The notes under the pieces: model-generated | What the model saw: the letters and a program-made list of their open reading frames with translations, nothing else | What the model was told of the DNA's origin: nothing | Databases searched by the model: none | Origin: Spizellomyces punctatus DAOM BR117 | Lineage: Eukaryota | Assembly (NCBI GenBank): GCA_000182565.2 | Contig: KQ257455.1 | Length of the DNA stretch: 64,000 nt | Direction: 5' to 3' (one strand) | Part shown: one piece after another, positions 1-13,715 of the stretch | How positions within the stretch are numbered: position 1 is the stretch's first letter | Layout of the letters: each line of letters opens with the position of its first letter | Made by a program: the position numbers and the translations under genes

Positions 1-1157
1 TAAATTACAATGTGATAAAATGACAAAATATCCTAGTGCAGGGACAAGTTACAGGCAACTGCAGAATGGTCCAGTCATTAAATGGCCGTTGGACCCATCT
101 TATTGTTTATCTTCATTATGATGATCCAATAATTGTGGCTACAGGTACTGACATTTGTACTTCCCCAACTCTGAGAACTGACCTACGTATCCATTGATAC
201 TACATAATTTATTCCATCACTTGATATAAACGATCCACACTGCCTTTAAAACAAAACACCATTCCATTCTTTCTTGCATTTGCCTTTCTGTAAAATCGCC
301 GACTATTCCTCTCCGTGAGATGTGTGATCTCTTACTTTACCCATCCTGGCGGTAAATGACTGACGGAGGAGAAAGAGTGCCGTATAGAGCTGTATCTCCA
401 CTAGGGAAGCAGTGGAACCCAGCTTCTGGTTTCCGGTCGTTCAAGGCACATTTATGGAATAGATATACATCAGGCGCAGATTACACTGAGCAATCCTTAA
501 GGATTGACGATATGTAAAAGAGGATTTCCTACTTGTAGCAGGCAAATCGGACAAAGAGAACGCGAAGGGTTACTTGAAGACAGGGAAGCAGAAAGAGCAA
601 TTTTTGAGATACTTGCACTGCTCGAGCATATTAATGCTCTGGTGGAACTATCGGTGGAGAATATACTTGTGTAAGGAATCTGTCCAGCAATTAGACATTA
701 GTCGCTAAATACACTGAACTTATTTCCTGATAACGAGAGCACCAGTAGTCATCCCGTTGCTGCTGTGGAAGAAGTCCACACCCATTGAAGTTGTACTAAC
801 AGCGGCTTGAATTGTGCCGATCTGCTCCAATTACGAGTATATTCTGACTGAGGTTATGAGATATCTCAGCATCATCCAATGTCACCAGGGAACCACTGGT
901 GGTATCTCGGAATAGTCTCTGGTCGCAACGAGACCTGATCGGGCGCTTACGTTATAACGTTGTGCTGTGCCACTACCCAAGATCGTCGTGTTTGTCCCGA
1001 AGAGATCTTGAACTTTGATGTGACAAGAAGAATCCTCCACTCACTAACGTGTGGATAACTTTAATACACTCTCACACATCTTATCCTACCACTCGGAGAG
1101 TCGCGTTTGTGTTTGGTCCGGCATATCGCTGGTTGGTACCAGAGAGGAACGATATCG

Positions 1158-2025
1158 ATGAGCAGCAAGTCTAGGAGCTTTCAAGCTGCCGTTGGATTTG
1201 GCGTCGTTTCGAGCACTCCAGGTGAGCTTTTCGGGTTTTCTCCTCTTTTGGCATGTCTGTACAAGTATGCGGTCATTTGGAAAAAAGAGATCGGGTCAAG
1301 TGCCGAATGAGGGTGTTTGTTGGTCATGCATGCACTGGACAATGCGACACCGCATTTCTAACGATACTGGTAACCTAGACCGCCAAACGTCACGCCTCCC
1401 CAAAATAGTCCTTGACGAAGCCGCCCGTCGAAAAGCACAGGAGCGACATTTAGAAGAACTTCAGCAAGACAATTATGCAGCCGATATCCCAGATACCGCC
1501 GAACTAGAGATAGTATCATCCGCAAGAAAGAAACGGGTTTTGGAAGATGAGGACCCGTCTGGTATGTTGTTGCATTAGGCACACATTCAGAAGGCTAGCA
1601 TTAATATGGGTCATCGCAGCCCGAACATCCATGAACAAGCGTCAGAAACGGGCATCCGTAAAGCGAATCCTTCTCCAAAAGAAAAATCTGGCAACCCTGA
1701 TACAGGAATCTGTGAGTGGTTTCTCGTTATTGACCTAAAGTTTTCAGCCAGTAACGCCAATTCTGGATAGAATATTGAAAGTATGCCGCCTGAAGTACCT
1801 ACCTACCTAACAGCAGCAGCAGCACCATCCCGCTTTCCTCCCCGTAAATTCTGCTCTGTGTGTGGATATTTCTCGCAGTATAATTGCATACGATGCGGCA
1901 TGCGATATTGCTCAATAACCTGCAGAGACACGCATAATGAGACTCGGTAGGTTTTGTTTCAAGTTTAACCTTTGATTTGATGCTCATTCGGTTTCCGCGC
2001 CAGATGTCTCAAGTACACGGCATAA
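1158..2025 (+). CDS. VPS71: SWR1/SRCAP complex HIT zinc-finger subunit (Vps71/Swc6/ZNHIT1), multi-exon
   Basis: Spliced model: MSSKSR...RHLEELQQDNY...PTYLTAAAAPSRFPPRKFCSVCGYFSQYNCIRCGMRYCSITCRDTHNETR|CLKYTA*. Typical zf-HIT C-terminus; GT-AG introns. Confidence 0.92.
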
Positions 2026-2223
2026 GCTGCGGCGTGCTTTTGACCAGCCACTTGTTGAAAGCCATCAATCACTTGCTCGCTGTATTCTCCAAAACTTTTT
2101 ATTTGCTGTGTAAATATTCCTAATTTAGATATCGCTAGACTGTACATGTATCGTTTGTTCAACACCAAAGAGACACCAATCGGGCCTGCAGGCCAGGCAT
2201 ATACACCTTTACGCATTCATCTT

Positions 2224-5200
2224 TTAACTTTCGTTACCCAAAATATTAATTTGCCATCTCGAAGGACTAGGGGGCGGTTCGCCAAACAAATACTCGCCGC
2301 AGTAGTTTGGATCGACGAACGGTATGCTGCGAGAAGCCAGCCTCATGAGGACAGCTTGTTTGCGAAGCGTTGATGGTTCCTGATCTGTGATGACGTAGGT
2401 CAAATCCTGTTCAAAAGGTATATGAGGATACATGTTTGCAAATATGCCCTGTTGACAGAGCAGAGATCAAAGTCCTTACCTCCGTATTTACACCCCGAAA
2501 AGTCTTCGGGTTTGCAACAACCTTGGCTCCTCCAGCATTCAATAACCGCGTAAAACCGTCCTTTTTGCGGTTATCCACGAGCAGTAAGACTTTCCATCCC
2601 GTAAAACTTCCTGAATACGGATATCAGCGGAATCTTACACAATCAGCCCTAACTTGCTGACAAACCTTTTCGAATCCCATTAACCATCTCCGCGTTCTGC
2701 AGCTTTAGTCGCCATCGACGTGGGGCACTGAATACATTCCTATCAACTGGATTGACAGCGGTAAAATTTTAGATACGGGTGCCAACCCAGTGTTTTTTCT
2801 GCGTCTGGACACTTACTGGGAGGAGTATCTGGGTCTGGAACCCATTCATAGTCGACCTCATCAAGAAACCGAGCGGCGGTCTTACATGCTTCTATGTAAG
2901 TTGGCCGTAGAACCCTTTTATGTCTTTTAGATTAACTGATGCGAGATAAGCACAAACAATTGATGTTGACATACCAGGCACCCGCAGCAATAGCTGCAAG
3001 CGGCTTTTCCGTTCTTGCTGGTTTGCTCACTATGGAGTCAAGTATTAAGTATTTCTTGAAAGAAAATTAACATGCCAGCACCGTTCATGAACGAACCAAT
3101 TAAATGCGTGCAATCTGGGTGCCAACAATCATATTCAAGCACGGTACCGCCTAATCGGCTTATTAATTGAGACATTCGGACCCGCTCCTCGCGGGGCAAT
3201 CCAGAGAGCAGGAACTTTCTAGCGGCAGGTTCAAGCACGCGGGTCGAAATGGACATGCGAGAGGATTTGCGCATGGATGGTGGGGTTACCGTTGTGGGCA
3301 CAGAAATTGTTCTCTCGCTTACGGAGGATATTCCCATGCTAGTGGTTCTGGCATAGCTTGGTTCTTTTATGCCGGAGGAGCACACTGAAACTGTGCGGTT
3401 TGGGGGAATCGGGGCTTCGCTTTCAGTCGTGAATCCATTTGCATCGAGCGTACTACCAGTAAACGAGGAGTTACGTCTCAATAACTCATTCACCTCGTGA
3501 ACATTTTTGAGTTGTTGTGGCATAATGCCGGTATCAGTTAACGTCGTAGTGCCGTTCCCCTCTAGCTCTGTCGATGGATCCTCATTATTGGAGAGTTTAG
3601 GACGCTTCCCATTCGTCTCAATCTGTTCAAGCAGCTTGCGTTTCTCTACTCGACTATCGGGATCATCGTACACAATCACCGCGGCTTCTTCTTGCTGTCT
3701 GTTGGCAATCTGAGTTTGAGTGAAGGGGTGCACGTCCACTCGTCCGACTTCTTTGGTGCTGTCTTCAGTAGGGATGTCGTCGGAGAAGATGGAAGATACC
3801 GTCACATCCCGCCGTAGCACGCTGTGACGAGGTCGCCGTCGTGTCTATGCAGGATTTTACGTGAATCAATATTCTCGGCACACAAATCACAACAAATTTG
3901 CCGATTACCATTTTCGCGTCCAAGAGCCTGTCGATGATTTCAACATATTTCTCAACACCTGGTAGCGGCGCGCTTTGATCATCTCCCACGTCGCACTGAT
4001 CGTCTCGTGAATCATCAGCATGTGGTGACTGTTGGTGTTGCCGCGCGTCTTCTTTCACATCATCCCGCTCAAGCTTTTCTTGCGGAGACGAGGACGCTGA
4101 TGTCTCGTTCGGATGCTGATCTTCTACCGTATCTGACATCCGCTGGCTGCTTGTTGGTGTAGATATGGATAATGCTCGATGGGGATTGTACGTATGGGGA
4201 TAATCCAACTCCTTGACACGCTGCCCAGTCTCATGGCACGCCACAAGCCAGGAGGGCGACACGATATACTTTCCGCGCTGCCGGGCAATCTTAAAGTCCC
4301 GGAACGCTTCATTGACGCGATTGCCTTGATGCATATAGTGGGTGCAAGTATCGCTGTAAGCCACGAGCATTTCCGCCCCCATTCGAGTTGCAATTGGGTA
4401 CAGCGCAGATCGTCTATGAACGACTCGGGGGCTGAGGCAGATTATTACTCCTTGAAGAAGGGTTGGTGGTGGTGCAGCATTTTTCTGCTCCACACACGAG
4501 CCAGATGAATCTATCGAATGGATCTGGCCAACGGACCCCTGTCGTGGCCCATTAGCTTGTCGAACAGCCTTCTCAAGGTTTTTCGTGAACGATACTTCCA
4601 ACGGCGACCCGCTCATTACATTGCGGCCAATGTCCCGCAGTTGCGCTTTCGGCGTAATCAAGGACGACAAGACCGCGTTGGTTTCAAATCTCGGTTGAAA
4701 AGCACCTGTTGCCGGAAACTCGCTCTCTTCGTCTAAATCTGACACTTTATCCTCGAAAGCCGTATTACGATCGAACAAATCTGATGCTTGGACGTTAATA
4801 ATCGTCCAATAGAAACCAGTCCGTTTTTCACAAACCAGATGCCTTTGGACGCCTTGTAACGTCGACGGTGTTTCCCACGCTTTCGCCCTCCAGAGGATGC
4901 ACTACATATCCCTGCAGATACTTATATAAGTTCGCCTTAAAACAGCTAATAGGACATACTGCTTACAGCCGCGGCGCATGTATATAACCAGTCCGCATCC
5001 ACAATTGGTATTCGCCAATCCTTCGCCCGTCGATATTTGGCATTATCTGTGCCCGGTTTACATAAAAGATGCGTGTTTTGTTTCGAAAATGTCTCCGTAA
5101 AGGTGGCACCTAAGAGATGCTGCAGAATAAGATGAGGCTAATTGAAAACATTTTAACATGGTACACCGTACCCATAATCGTTGTCAGCTTTCCTAAATGA

Positions 5201-7805
5201 GCACGCTCTACGCCCTCATATCCTGACACTCCAATTACGTATCTGTTAAAGCCTAGTTTATGATGAGACCCGATGCGGCTTTATTGGCTCTCACTCCATG
5301 TTGTTACCTACCTGGCAGCGGCATATCTTGTCGTAAAGGAGTGAATAGGATGTTTGCCTTCATATCATGCAACAAGCCATCCTGCGCGGTTACACCAGCT
5401 AAAGGTTAAGAAGCACTAATGAACGGTCCCTATAATCACCAGACAAATACCTCTATACATCTTTCCAACCAGAACTCAGTCACCAACCGTGATCGTAAGC
5501 CGACTTTTCCAGTAGATCTATGGATACTGACATTGTCAATGACTCTAGAAGGTAAATTAACGTACAACTAAAAGGCTTGAATTACCCGAGCAGTGGAACA
5601 ATCACTATGTGATCATCGGTAGACTCCGGAAGGCTAACTATAAAGCTCCCTCCTTGCCCTTCAACCAGCTGGCGTAGCATCTCACGCTAATAGCTCAGAC
5701 AATAGACGTGAGTCTGCCAGCGAACCTTTCAATTTTGCTTCGGCAATGCTTACCTCTTCTGAACCAAAGCCTGAGCAACTAAACCGTATTCCTGAGAAAA
5801 CACCTGGCAAAGAACAGCGTTATCCATAACCCTCGGGCTTAGGATCCTGGTAAAAGGCTAAAATACCGTTGTATGCTTGTGAGCCGGGCCTAGCGTAAAC
5901 AATAGTCAATTACCTGACTCATAAATTGAACGGTGGGTATGACAAAGACTCACCGTTCACAATGGATACCAGATGCTGCCAGTGATTGGTTGCTGATATT
6001 GCACTCAAGGTTCGGTCTGGACGTGTATCGTGGCGAAGAGATTGCTGTAGGATGACTTGTTGATAGTGATCCCTTACCGCGCCCTTCCAGCGGCGCTTGG
6101 TTCGCGATAACAGCAGATTCGTCACCATTGGGGGCTTCCCTCGCCTTTGTCAGCACTCGATGGGCCATACTACTGGTCTCCAGAGGGTCAGCAAATACGT
6201 CTTCCATCTGGAAACTCGACCTCGACCTTTTTTGTGCATCGCGCAACCGTGACTTTGGCTTCACCGTGTCAGCATTTAGGCCCGTAATATCGCGTTGTTC
6301 CGAAATACAGCGGGTCCGCCTCGCAGTGGATGCTTCAAATGGGTCTTCCCCCACATCAATCATGTAGGAGTCGGTGGGTAATGGCATCCGCTCGCGGTAG
6401 CAATCACGGAGCCACTGATACGATATAACAGGTATAAATCGCGCACTAGTCCGGATCATGCGGATGTCACTGGGCAAAGCAGGTAGTTTGTTATTATCAA
6501 TGGCCAGCCTCGACGCGATTCTAGCGGCTTACCCTTCAGAAGCAGTCCTCCCTGGAACTAGATAATGAGTAACAAACCCGTCAAACGCTTTAGGCATTGA
6601 CCCTCCTCCGGCTCGAATCATCTTTTTGATTTGCTGTAACTGCTGATCACTAAATCCTTCCCCAGGATAGATATTACATCGATCGAGATAGAGCAGAGCG
6701 CAATCCTGAGAGGTACTATCGTCATCTTCGAGAAGGGCCAATGACGTACTATCCACTTTGGCGTTCGGGTCTTTGACTTCAATAGGGTAGAGAATTTCAT
6801 CCGCGCATGCTGTTCAAGTCAACCAATCAGTGATATGGCCATAGTATGAAGCACAACCAGCAAGGTGTTCTCTACCATTCATGGCAATAGAATCATGCAA
6901 CCACTGAGCGTTTACAATGTTCAATTTCCATTTTATGGCCGCGTCATGCTTCCTACTGCCAGCACTGAGCAGAACTTGTCAGGTTACCAATATTATATGT
7001 CCACACAGAAAACGGGGCACATACCACGCGGCAATGAGATGCGTGCAGGTTGAAGTCAGCTGTCCTGAAAAGTCTCCACCGTTTTGCAACACGAGTTCTT
7101 TAATCGTTTGCACTTCCGCTGCAGGATATGTTAGACGAGGTCCTCTGGCCGTAATCCATACCGGATTCTCACATGGTTGAAAGTTTGTTACAGCAACACG
7201 TAATCCGGCAAAGGGTAATAACTCGTACTCTGCAATGTGCTGCTGAATGTCAATGAGTTGGCTCACAATGTTCGGATATCATAGATCTCGTCTCACTTTT
7301 AAAGGATCGAATCGCTCGTCGTTGCGATGAGAAAAGCAGAGGCGAATCCAGGCAGTTCGTACGATGGGTATGGAAAGCTTTGCAGCCATCTATGACAAGA
7401 ATTAGCCCATGCTATATCGTAACATGGCCACTTTCTGTCGATTATGTGAATACATACCCTGTATTTTTCTGCAAAAACCCAAAGTCAATGTGTGATATTT
7501 GAAACTTGCTTTTAATAACGATATGCTTCTGACAAACCTGATCTTACCGTATCGGCAAGTAGATAATTGACTTGGACATTCAGGCCTTGGCTGTAAGTAC
7601 CGCCCAGTTCCTCAACCATAGTTCTGATCTCCTGCTTTAGGTTCACGCACGAGGAAATTCAGCCTATGCAACGACCGGACAAGTGCAAGCAATTATCCTT
7701 GAGAAAGAATGACTGTACCTTCAACTCCCTATCCATACTGGAAGCACATATCACTGTGCCTTTCAACAGCATGTTGGACTGTCGGTTGTCGTCTGCGGTT
7801 AGCAT
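2224..7805 (-). CDS. TOPBP1: TOPBP1/Rad4/Cut5 family multi-BRCT replication-checkpoint scaffold, about 8 BRCT domains
   Basis: Repeated BRCT motifs ([40 protein letters not shown]...[10 protein letters not shown]...YPHTYNP, KFLLSGL...CTHLI), an ATR-activation-like motif [15 protein letters not shown], many introns including an 11-nt micro-exon (7458-7468). Confidence 0.9.
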
Positions 7806-7975
7806 GTAGGAATGAAACCTCTTTTGTGAAAGACCAGATTTTCAGTCAACTGTGACCCATTTACAGCACTGGCATGGCAATGGGTATCACAGTGCAGGCA
7901 TAGTATCATGACATTAGCGAGTGGAATTGTGTTGGCAAAATCGCACTTGGTAGAAGGAAGGAGCTCGTTGCATCA

Positions 7976-9703
7976 ATGCTCAAGCAACCTTCATCAAGCC
8001 AAATATGGACGGCTCGTCACGTGCTACTTCCCAAGCGCTCTTCCCTTGCACTTCTTCCTCCACCTCATGAACCTACTGGCGCTGAAAACCCATCATTCTA
8101 GTAGATAATTGGGGCTCATGTGGGTTGTTCAACGCGCTCAAGTGTTGGGATATCGACGGCTGGACTTCCGGTCTTGTCGAATAAATCCTATTTGGCAGCG
8201 CTTACCTCTAGGCTACGCGAAGCAAAGCCCTGTCCTTGCAGCAACGTCCGTGTTGGTGGGCTCCACTACCGTACCGCGCTTGATACTTACAAGGAGCGAA
8301 GCTCCCTCTTCGAATTCCCTTCAACCCCGCTTTCGGCCCCGGAGAGTACGTGGGCACTTATGGTTATACTATGGAGAGGATATTTCTGTAAACTCACAAG
8401 TGAGGTCGGCAGCTTATCATAGATCCTGACGTTTTTCGGATAAAGGGGACTATTATACCTGAAGTCCTCCCCGTCACGGGCTTTTTTGCCACCTACGCCT
8501 CAATCTTCACGTACCTGCACTATACAGTTGCTGGTCAATCGCTGGCAGTGGGATCACATCTGATTCCCATACTCAGCTTTGTTGTCGGGTTACTTTTGGC
8601 ATTCCGGACGGTAAGCTTGGTCGTAGTCCATTTGCCGTGTAACTCTTGAGTAATGTAAATCAGAACCTTGCATATGATAGGTGATCTTGCTCTCAGATGG
8701 AGTTTCACCGCACACGCAATATTGAATGACCAGGCATGCATAGGTTTTGGGAAGGAAGAAAGCTCTGGGCCAATTTTGTTGCGTTATCTCGCAACCTTGC
8801 CCGCCTGACTTGGGTAAGCAATCCATCGTCACATGTACTCCAGGACGGATCCCCGAATCAGGCTGCCATACAAGCAAAAGAAAGGCTCGTTCGACTGACG
8901 ATAGCGCTGGCAGTGTCTACAAAGCACCATCTTCGACATGAACCTGGTCCAAATTACCCCGATCTCGTGCACCTACTGCCCCCAGAGTTTGTGGAGCGAG
9001 TTGGGTCAGCCTCGACTGGGAAAACAAAACCTTTGATTGCAGGGACCATTGGCGCTCGAAACCTGCCCATGGAAATATCGCATCTGATGTCGTCCCAAAT
9101 GCTGGAGCTACGAGACAAGGTAGTATGTTTTCTCTTCCAGCAAGGGTTTGATCGTCTGACAAGGACGATCCTCTATAGGTTTACATTGACTCTAACCTGT
9201 ACGGTGCAATGGTTTTCATACTCAACGATTTGGTTCAAACAATCAGTAGCATGGAACGGGTGTCATCGACACCTATGCCTACTGCATACACAGTGCATTT
9301 GAAACAAGGTCTTGTATGACATGAATAGCTCTCGCTAGACTGGTAATGTCCTCATGCTTTGCGTCAAACTGCAGTTCTAGGGCTATACTGCCTAGCTCTT
9401 CCACCGCAACTGATAGGGCAGCTCGCGCTCTTTCAAGTTCCAGTCGTCAGTCTTGCTGCATTTGCACTGTTCGGTGTAGCGCGAATTGGCGATGAAATCG
9501 GTACATGTCACTTTCTGAAACCACATTGCTCTTGAGAGTTTCTTTTATAAACTCGTTGCTCTTGTTATTTCTTTTCAGAGGATCCTTTTGGTTACGATCC
9601 GAATGATCTCAAGCTAGACCAATTTTGTGAAGACTTGAAGCTCGAGCTTGAGGCCATGATGGAGGAACCGCCGCTCACTATAGAATCTCGGTCTACTACT
9701 TAA
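7976..9703 (+). CDS. Bestrophin-like (UPF0187/YneE family) anion channel, multi-exon; 5' start uncertain
   Basis: Spliced motifs VGLLLAFRT|NLAYDR|FWEGRKLW, ERVSSTPMPTAYTVHLKQ, LYCLALP, IGDEIEDPFGYDPNDL; 17-nt micro-exon at 8664-8680. Confidence 0.85.
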
Positions 9704-10972
9704 CCCTTTAAAGTTGTCCTGTCCATGAATGAAAATGTTGACAAATACCAAAAACATTTTGCCCTTTGGCCATGGACAATTTGTGTAGCTGATTTTCTTG
9801 GCAAGATCAGCGTCGTACCATGCAACGGCGCCGAGCTGCAAAATATCGACGTAATGTTGCTCTCCTACGGTTGCCCTATCGCTGTCTGCGCAAAATCAGC
9901 CGTTCCACACAGATGGTGCAATTCTAAATTCACGAAATCTTTTTGCCTTTACAACCGGATTTTTGATCAACCGCGCGGCGTTGTGTGCGCGCAGGTGTCA
10001 AAGTAACACCCTGTGAAAAGGGGAGGGTGCCAGCAAACTTCAACAGATACAGCAGCTCACCCGACTATTTTGTCACCTTCTTGGCGCAGACAGTCTGCGC
10101 ATAGGGGAAGCGCAGTCTCTGCGCTCGCCATATCGTCATGTAGTGTGCCATTGAGGAGACCACAGGTGTGATCACGGAGGAGCAGCATGGGACGATAACG
10201 GCTGCTGCATGTGCCAGTGATCTTGTTCTCTCATGACGGATCGTGCTCGGTTGAACCCCAAAAGGTCACAGCCGCACAGATCATGCAAAAAACCATAAAC
10301 TTTTTGACATGTCTGATTTACACACTGTTGCTATCAGTCCATCCATGAAAGTGTATTTGTCATCAGAAAAACTATCATGTGTGTTGCAAACATACGCAAT
10401 ACTGCGAATGCTCTTTGCAAAAGCTGTTTGTTTAGTGACAAGATGATAATCTTTTAAACAATTGTGTATTACAAATTCTTTATAAAAATCAAAATCTTTT
10501 TTGGTAGCAATAATTTCTGTAAGATGGCCGTCCACACAGGTGATTTAACTCTCTTGTTTTAGGGCGTATTTTGCGAGACAAGTCTCCTACTAGTAAAAAA
10601 ATCTTTCAAACGGTCGATGGGCCACCCAACAAAGCCATTGACCGCATTCTTCTTACGACAAGTTTAAGATTTTGGAAAAGTGATAAGACAAAATCATCAC
10701 AAGAAGGAGATTTTGACATCCGTCGCACTGCCAACTTTTCATCCCACGCATTTGACAAGTTTTTGTTATCTGCGCGTTCTCTCCTTGATCCGATCGGGGG
10801 ATTGATGGCAACCACTGTGTATCTTACTGTAGTGATCATGCAAACGAGTTAAACTGCACAGCAAAAGCACACAAGTGCCGTCCCCCCCGTCGTCCCAGAT
10901 CATGGAATAGGTCAAGGAGGGCAAAAGAGAGAGAAAGGGAAATGCCCGGCCAAAATAATAATCCCCCAGGTC

Positions 10973-10979
10973 TATAAAA
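10973..10979 (+). promoter_or_regulatory. TATA box of the subtilisin gene
   Basis: TATAAAA about 105 bp upstream of the ATG, followed by a pyrimidine-rich leader. Confidence 0.6.
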
Positions 10980-11083
10980 GCTGGCAACTGTTCCGCCCTT
11001 CCACTTTTGTTCCTCCAAGTTCCCCACAAGCACTAACTACCCAAAGCTACTACACTCTTTTTGTACCTCATTATACCCTCAAA

Positions 11084-12401
11084 ATGGTTCGCTTGACTTC
11101 CTTCCTCTGCCTCGTGTTGGCATCTGTTGCCTCGGCTTCCCCAGTGTTGCAAAAGCGTGCTGGTGGTAAGTTTTTTTTGGTTCAATTGCTTTAAGTCTAC
11201 TTGGTCGCTCATTCCCTTTTAATATATTCCAGATGTCATCCCCGGCCAGTACATTATTACCTTCAAGGAATCCAACAACTTTGCCCCCCGGAACGTTGAC
11301 GCTCTCATCAACGACATCCTCGGCTCAGTCAAGACTGACCTCCGTCGCGCAGAGTCGGCCGAACTCCTCCACAAGTACGACTTTGGTAGTGGCCAGCTCC
11401 AAGGTTTCGCTGCAAAGTTGGAAGCCGATGCTCTCACAAAGGTCCAGGCTCACCCCGAAGTTCAGGCCATTGAGCCCGACACCGTCGTCACGCTCGAGGC
11501 CACCCAGAGTGGCTTGGACAGGGGCTTGTGGGGTATTGATTCCCTCGACGGCCGCGTTGACGGCTCATACACCTACCCCGACAGCGCTGGCGCTGGTGTA
11601 GACGCCTACGTCATCGACACTGGTGTGACCGTCAACCACCCTGACCTTCGCGGCCGCGCAACCTGGGGTGCTTCCTTCACCGGTGAATCCGGACAGACCG
11701 ACGGAAACGGCCACGGTACCCACGTGGCTGGTACCATCGGTGGTAGCACCTACGGTGTTGCCAAAAAGGTCAACATCATTGGTGTCCGTGTCCTTGGTGC
11801 CGACGGAAGTGGCTCTAACTCCGGGGTTGTTGCGGGTATGAACTGGGTCGCTGACAGGGCGAGATCGACTGGACGCAAGTCTGTTGCCAACATGTCCCTT
11901 GGTGGTAGCAAATCTTCGGCCACCGACAACGCTGCCCGTGCTTTGATCAACGCCAACGTTGCATTGGCCGTTGCTGCCGGTAACTCTGCAAAGGACTCGT
12001 GCACTGGATCTCCCTCCAACGTCAAGGAAGCTTTCACCGTCGCCGCCTCGGATGTGAACAACAGGTTTGCCTCCTTCTCCGAGTTTGGTCCCTGTGTTGG
12101 TAAGTGATCAAATGCGTGACAATGCACTACATGGCTTTTTAGGTGCTGACTGTTTTGCTCTCCATCAGACATTATCGCCCCCGGTGTTCAAATCAAGTCT
12201 GCATGGAACAACGGTGGCACCAACACCATCTCTGGTACCAGCATGGCCACTCCCCACGTTACCGGTGCTCTTGCCGTTGCCTACAGCCAGCGCTCCTTCT
12301 CCTCCCCCGCGGAAGCTTTCCAATTCATCCTCAGCAAGGCCAAGACCAACGCCATCTCTGGTGTTCCCTCTGGTACTCCCAACAAGTTCCTCCAGATCTA
12401 G
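11084..12401 (+). CDS. Secreted subtilisin/proteinase K-like S8 serine protease with I9 propeptide, 3 exons
   Basis: Signal peptide MVRLTSFLCLVLASVASA; catalytic motifs YVIDTG, GHGTHVAG, AAGN, SGTSMATP; strong codon bias. Confidence 0.95.
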
Positions 12402-13715
12402 ATTTCTAGAGTAGCGGTAGTTGCTTTGGGGTAGACATTTTACCTTTCCTTGACTAGCAGGCTCCAGTTAAGGATTAGACATTAGTATGATTCTATGCGT
12501 CTGTGGATATTGAGCAGACATCAATAAAATGTCTCGTGATAAACATTGGTTTGAATTGGAAGATCACTATTATGGGACAGTGCTCCTACCAGGTCATTAA
12601 CCTGTTGCCTCTAAAGGTTATAGGTGCGCATACGGAAAGACCCAAGTAGGTAAGCAAGGATGTGTCCGATTTGGTCAATTCTGATGACCAGTTTGTTCTT
12701 CAACTTTTCTCAGGGGTCCCAAAGCCTCCTGCTCATCCATACTACCGTCCTCGAACCCCTTTTACTGTCTCAGTTATCCTTTTTCATCACAAAGCGCTTT
12801 GCGATCTGTCGTTACACTCTGACGGTCGGAAAATGTATGGCGACGGCGACGTCCGTGCTTGGACAGACTCGTGATCGTCCACGTCCCGATCGCTTATGTA
12901 AGCAAACGTTGTCAATCACTACAGGATTACCATAAAACTGCCTGACTGAAAACCTGCGAATATATTTATTGCGTCGTGCCAAGCAGAGGCCCTTTGTTAA
13001 ACTTGGTAGATGCCCAGAGTCCCCGATGAGCCCTTTGCGCTCGCTATCTTACCACAGATCCCGATGTTGACATGGCTGTCGTCGCCATTAAGTTGCGATA
13101 AACTCAATGGTCCGAGCGCGCTCATGCCCTTCTTTGCAATTCGCATCGGCACAGTCGTTGTCAACCCAGCAGACCGCGACGAAGTAATCAGGAAGTTGTA
13201 GTCGAATTATAAAGGAAATGAATTAACAATTTTGGACACAAGGAGCTATGAAATCGCTCGTTTGCATCAGAGGGATTTTCCTGAAGAAAAGCGAGTGCCG
13301 TTGAAAGATGTTTGGGCAAAACTGAATACCCTACATCCAAGGGGACCATCCCGAAAAAGCATTATTCTAGTGACCTTTTGAGATCCCTACGGTTCAAAGT
13401 ACGTGCCTAGAGAGTGTGCCGCTTTCGCCGACCTCAAGCGAGCTGCTTTGACGATCTCAACCTGAAACTGAACAAGATTGACAGGAGGGCCTTTGATCAG
13501 TCTTCTTCTGGCTGAAGAAAGAGTCCGCTGTCTCTGCAAGGAGATGGATCGGAAGGGTACGCAAATAGCAGATTGGATGAATCCGAGCCAAATTCCCGTA
13601 TAAAGATGACGCCTGGGAGGACACTGAATGACATATGTAGGGCAATCCTTGTTGAGTATATTGTGACTCATTTTTTGACATGCAAGTGCTCTCCACAGCT
13701 GTGCTTTTCTCATTG

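Noticed and set aside
1-1100. Possible transposon or gene remnant at the window start
   Set aside because: All frames are interrupted and no recognisable domain or terminal repeat was found.
11750-12172. Long antisense and alternate-frame ORFs over real genes (here and at 24663, 29264, 47811, 55264)
   Set aside because: Shadow ORFs caused by the codon bias of the true CDS.
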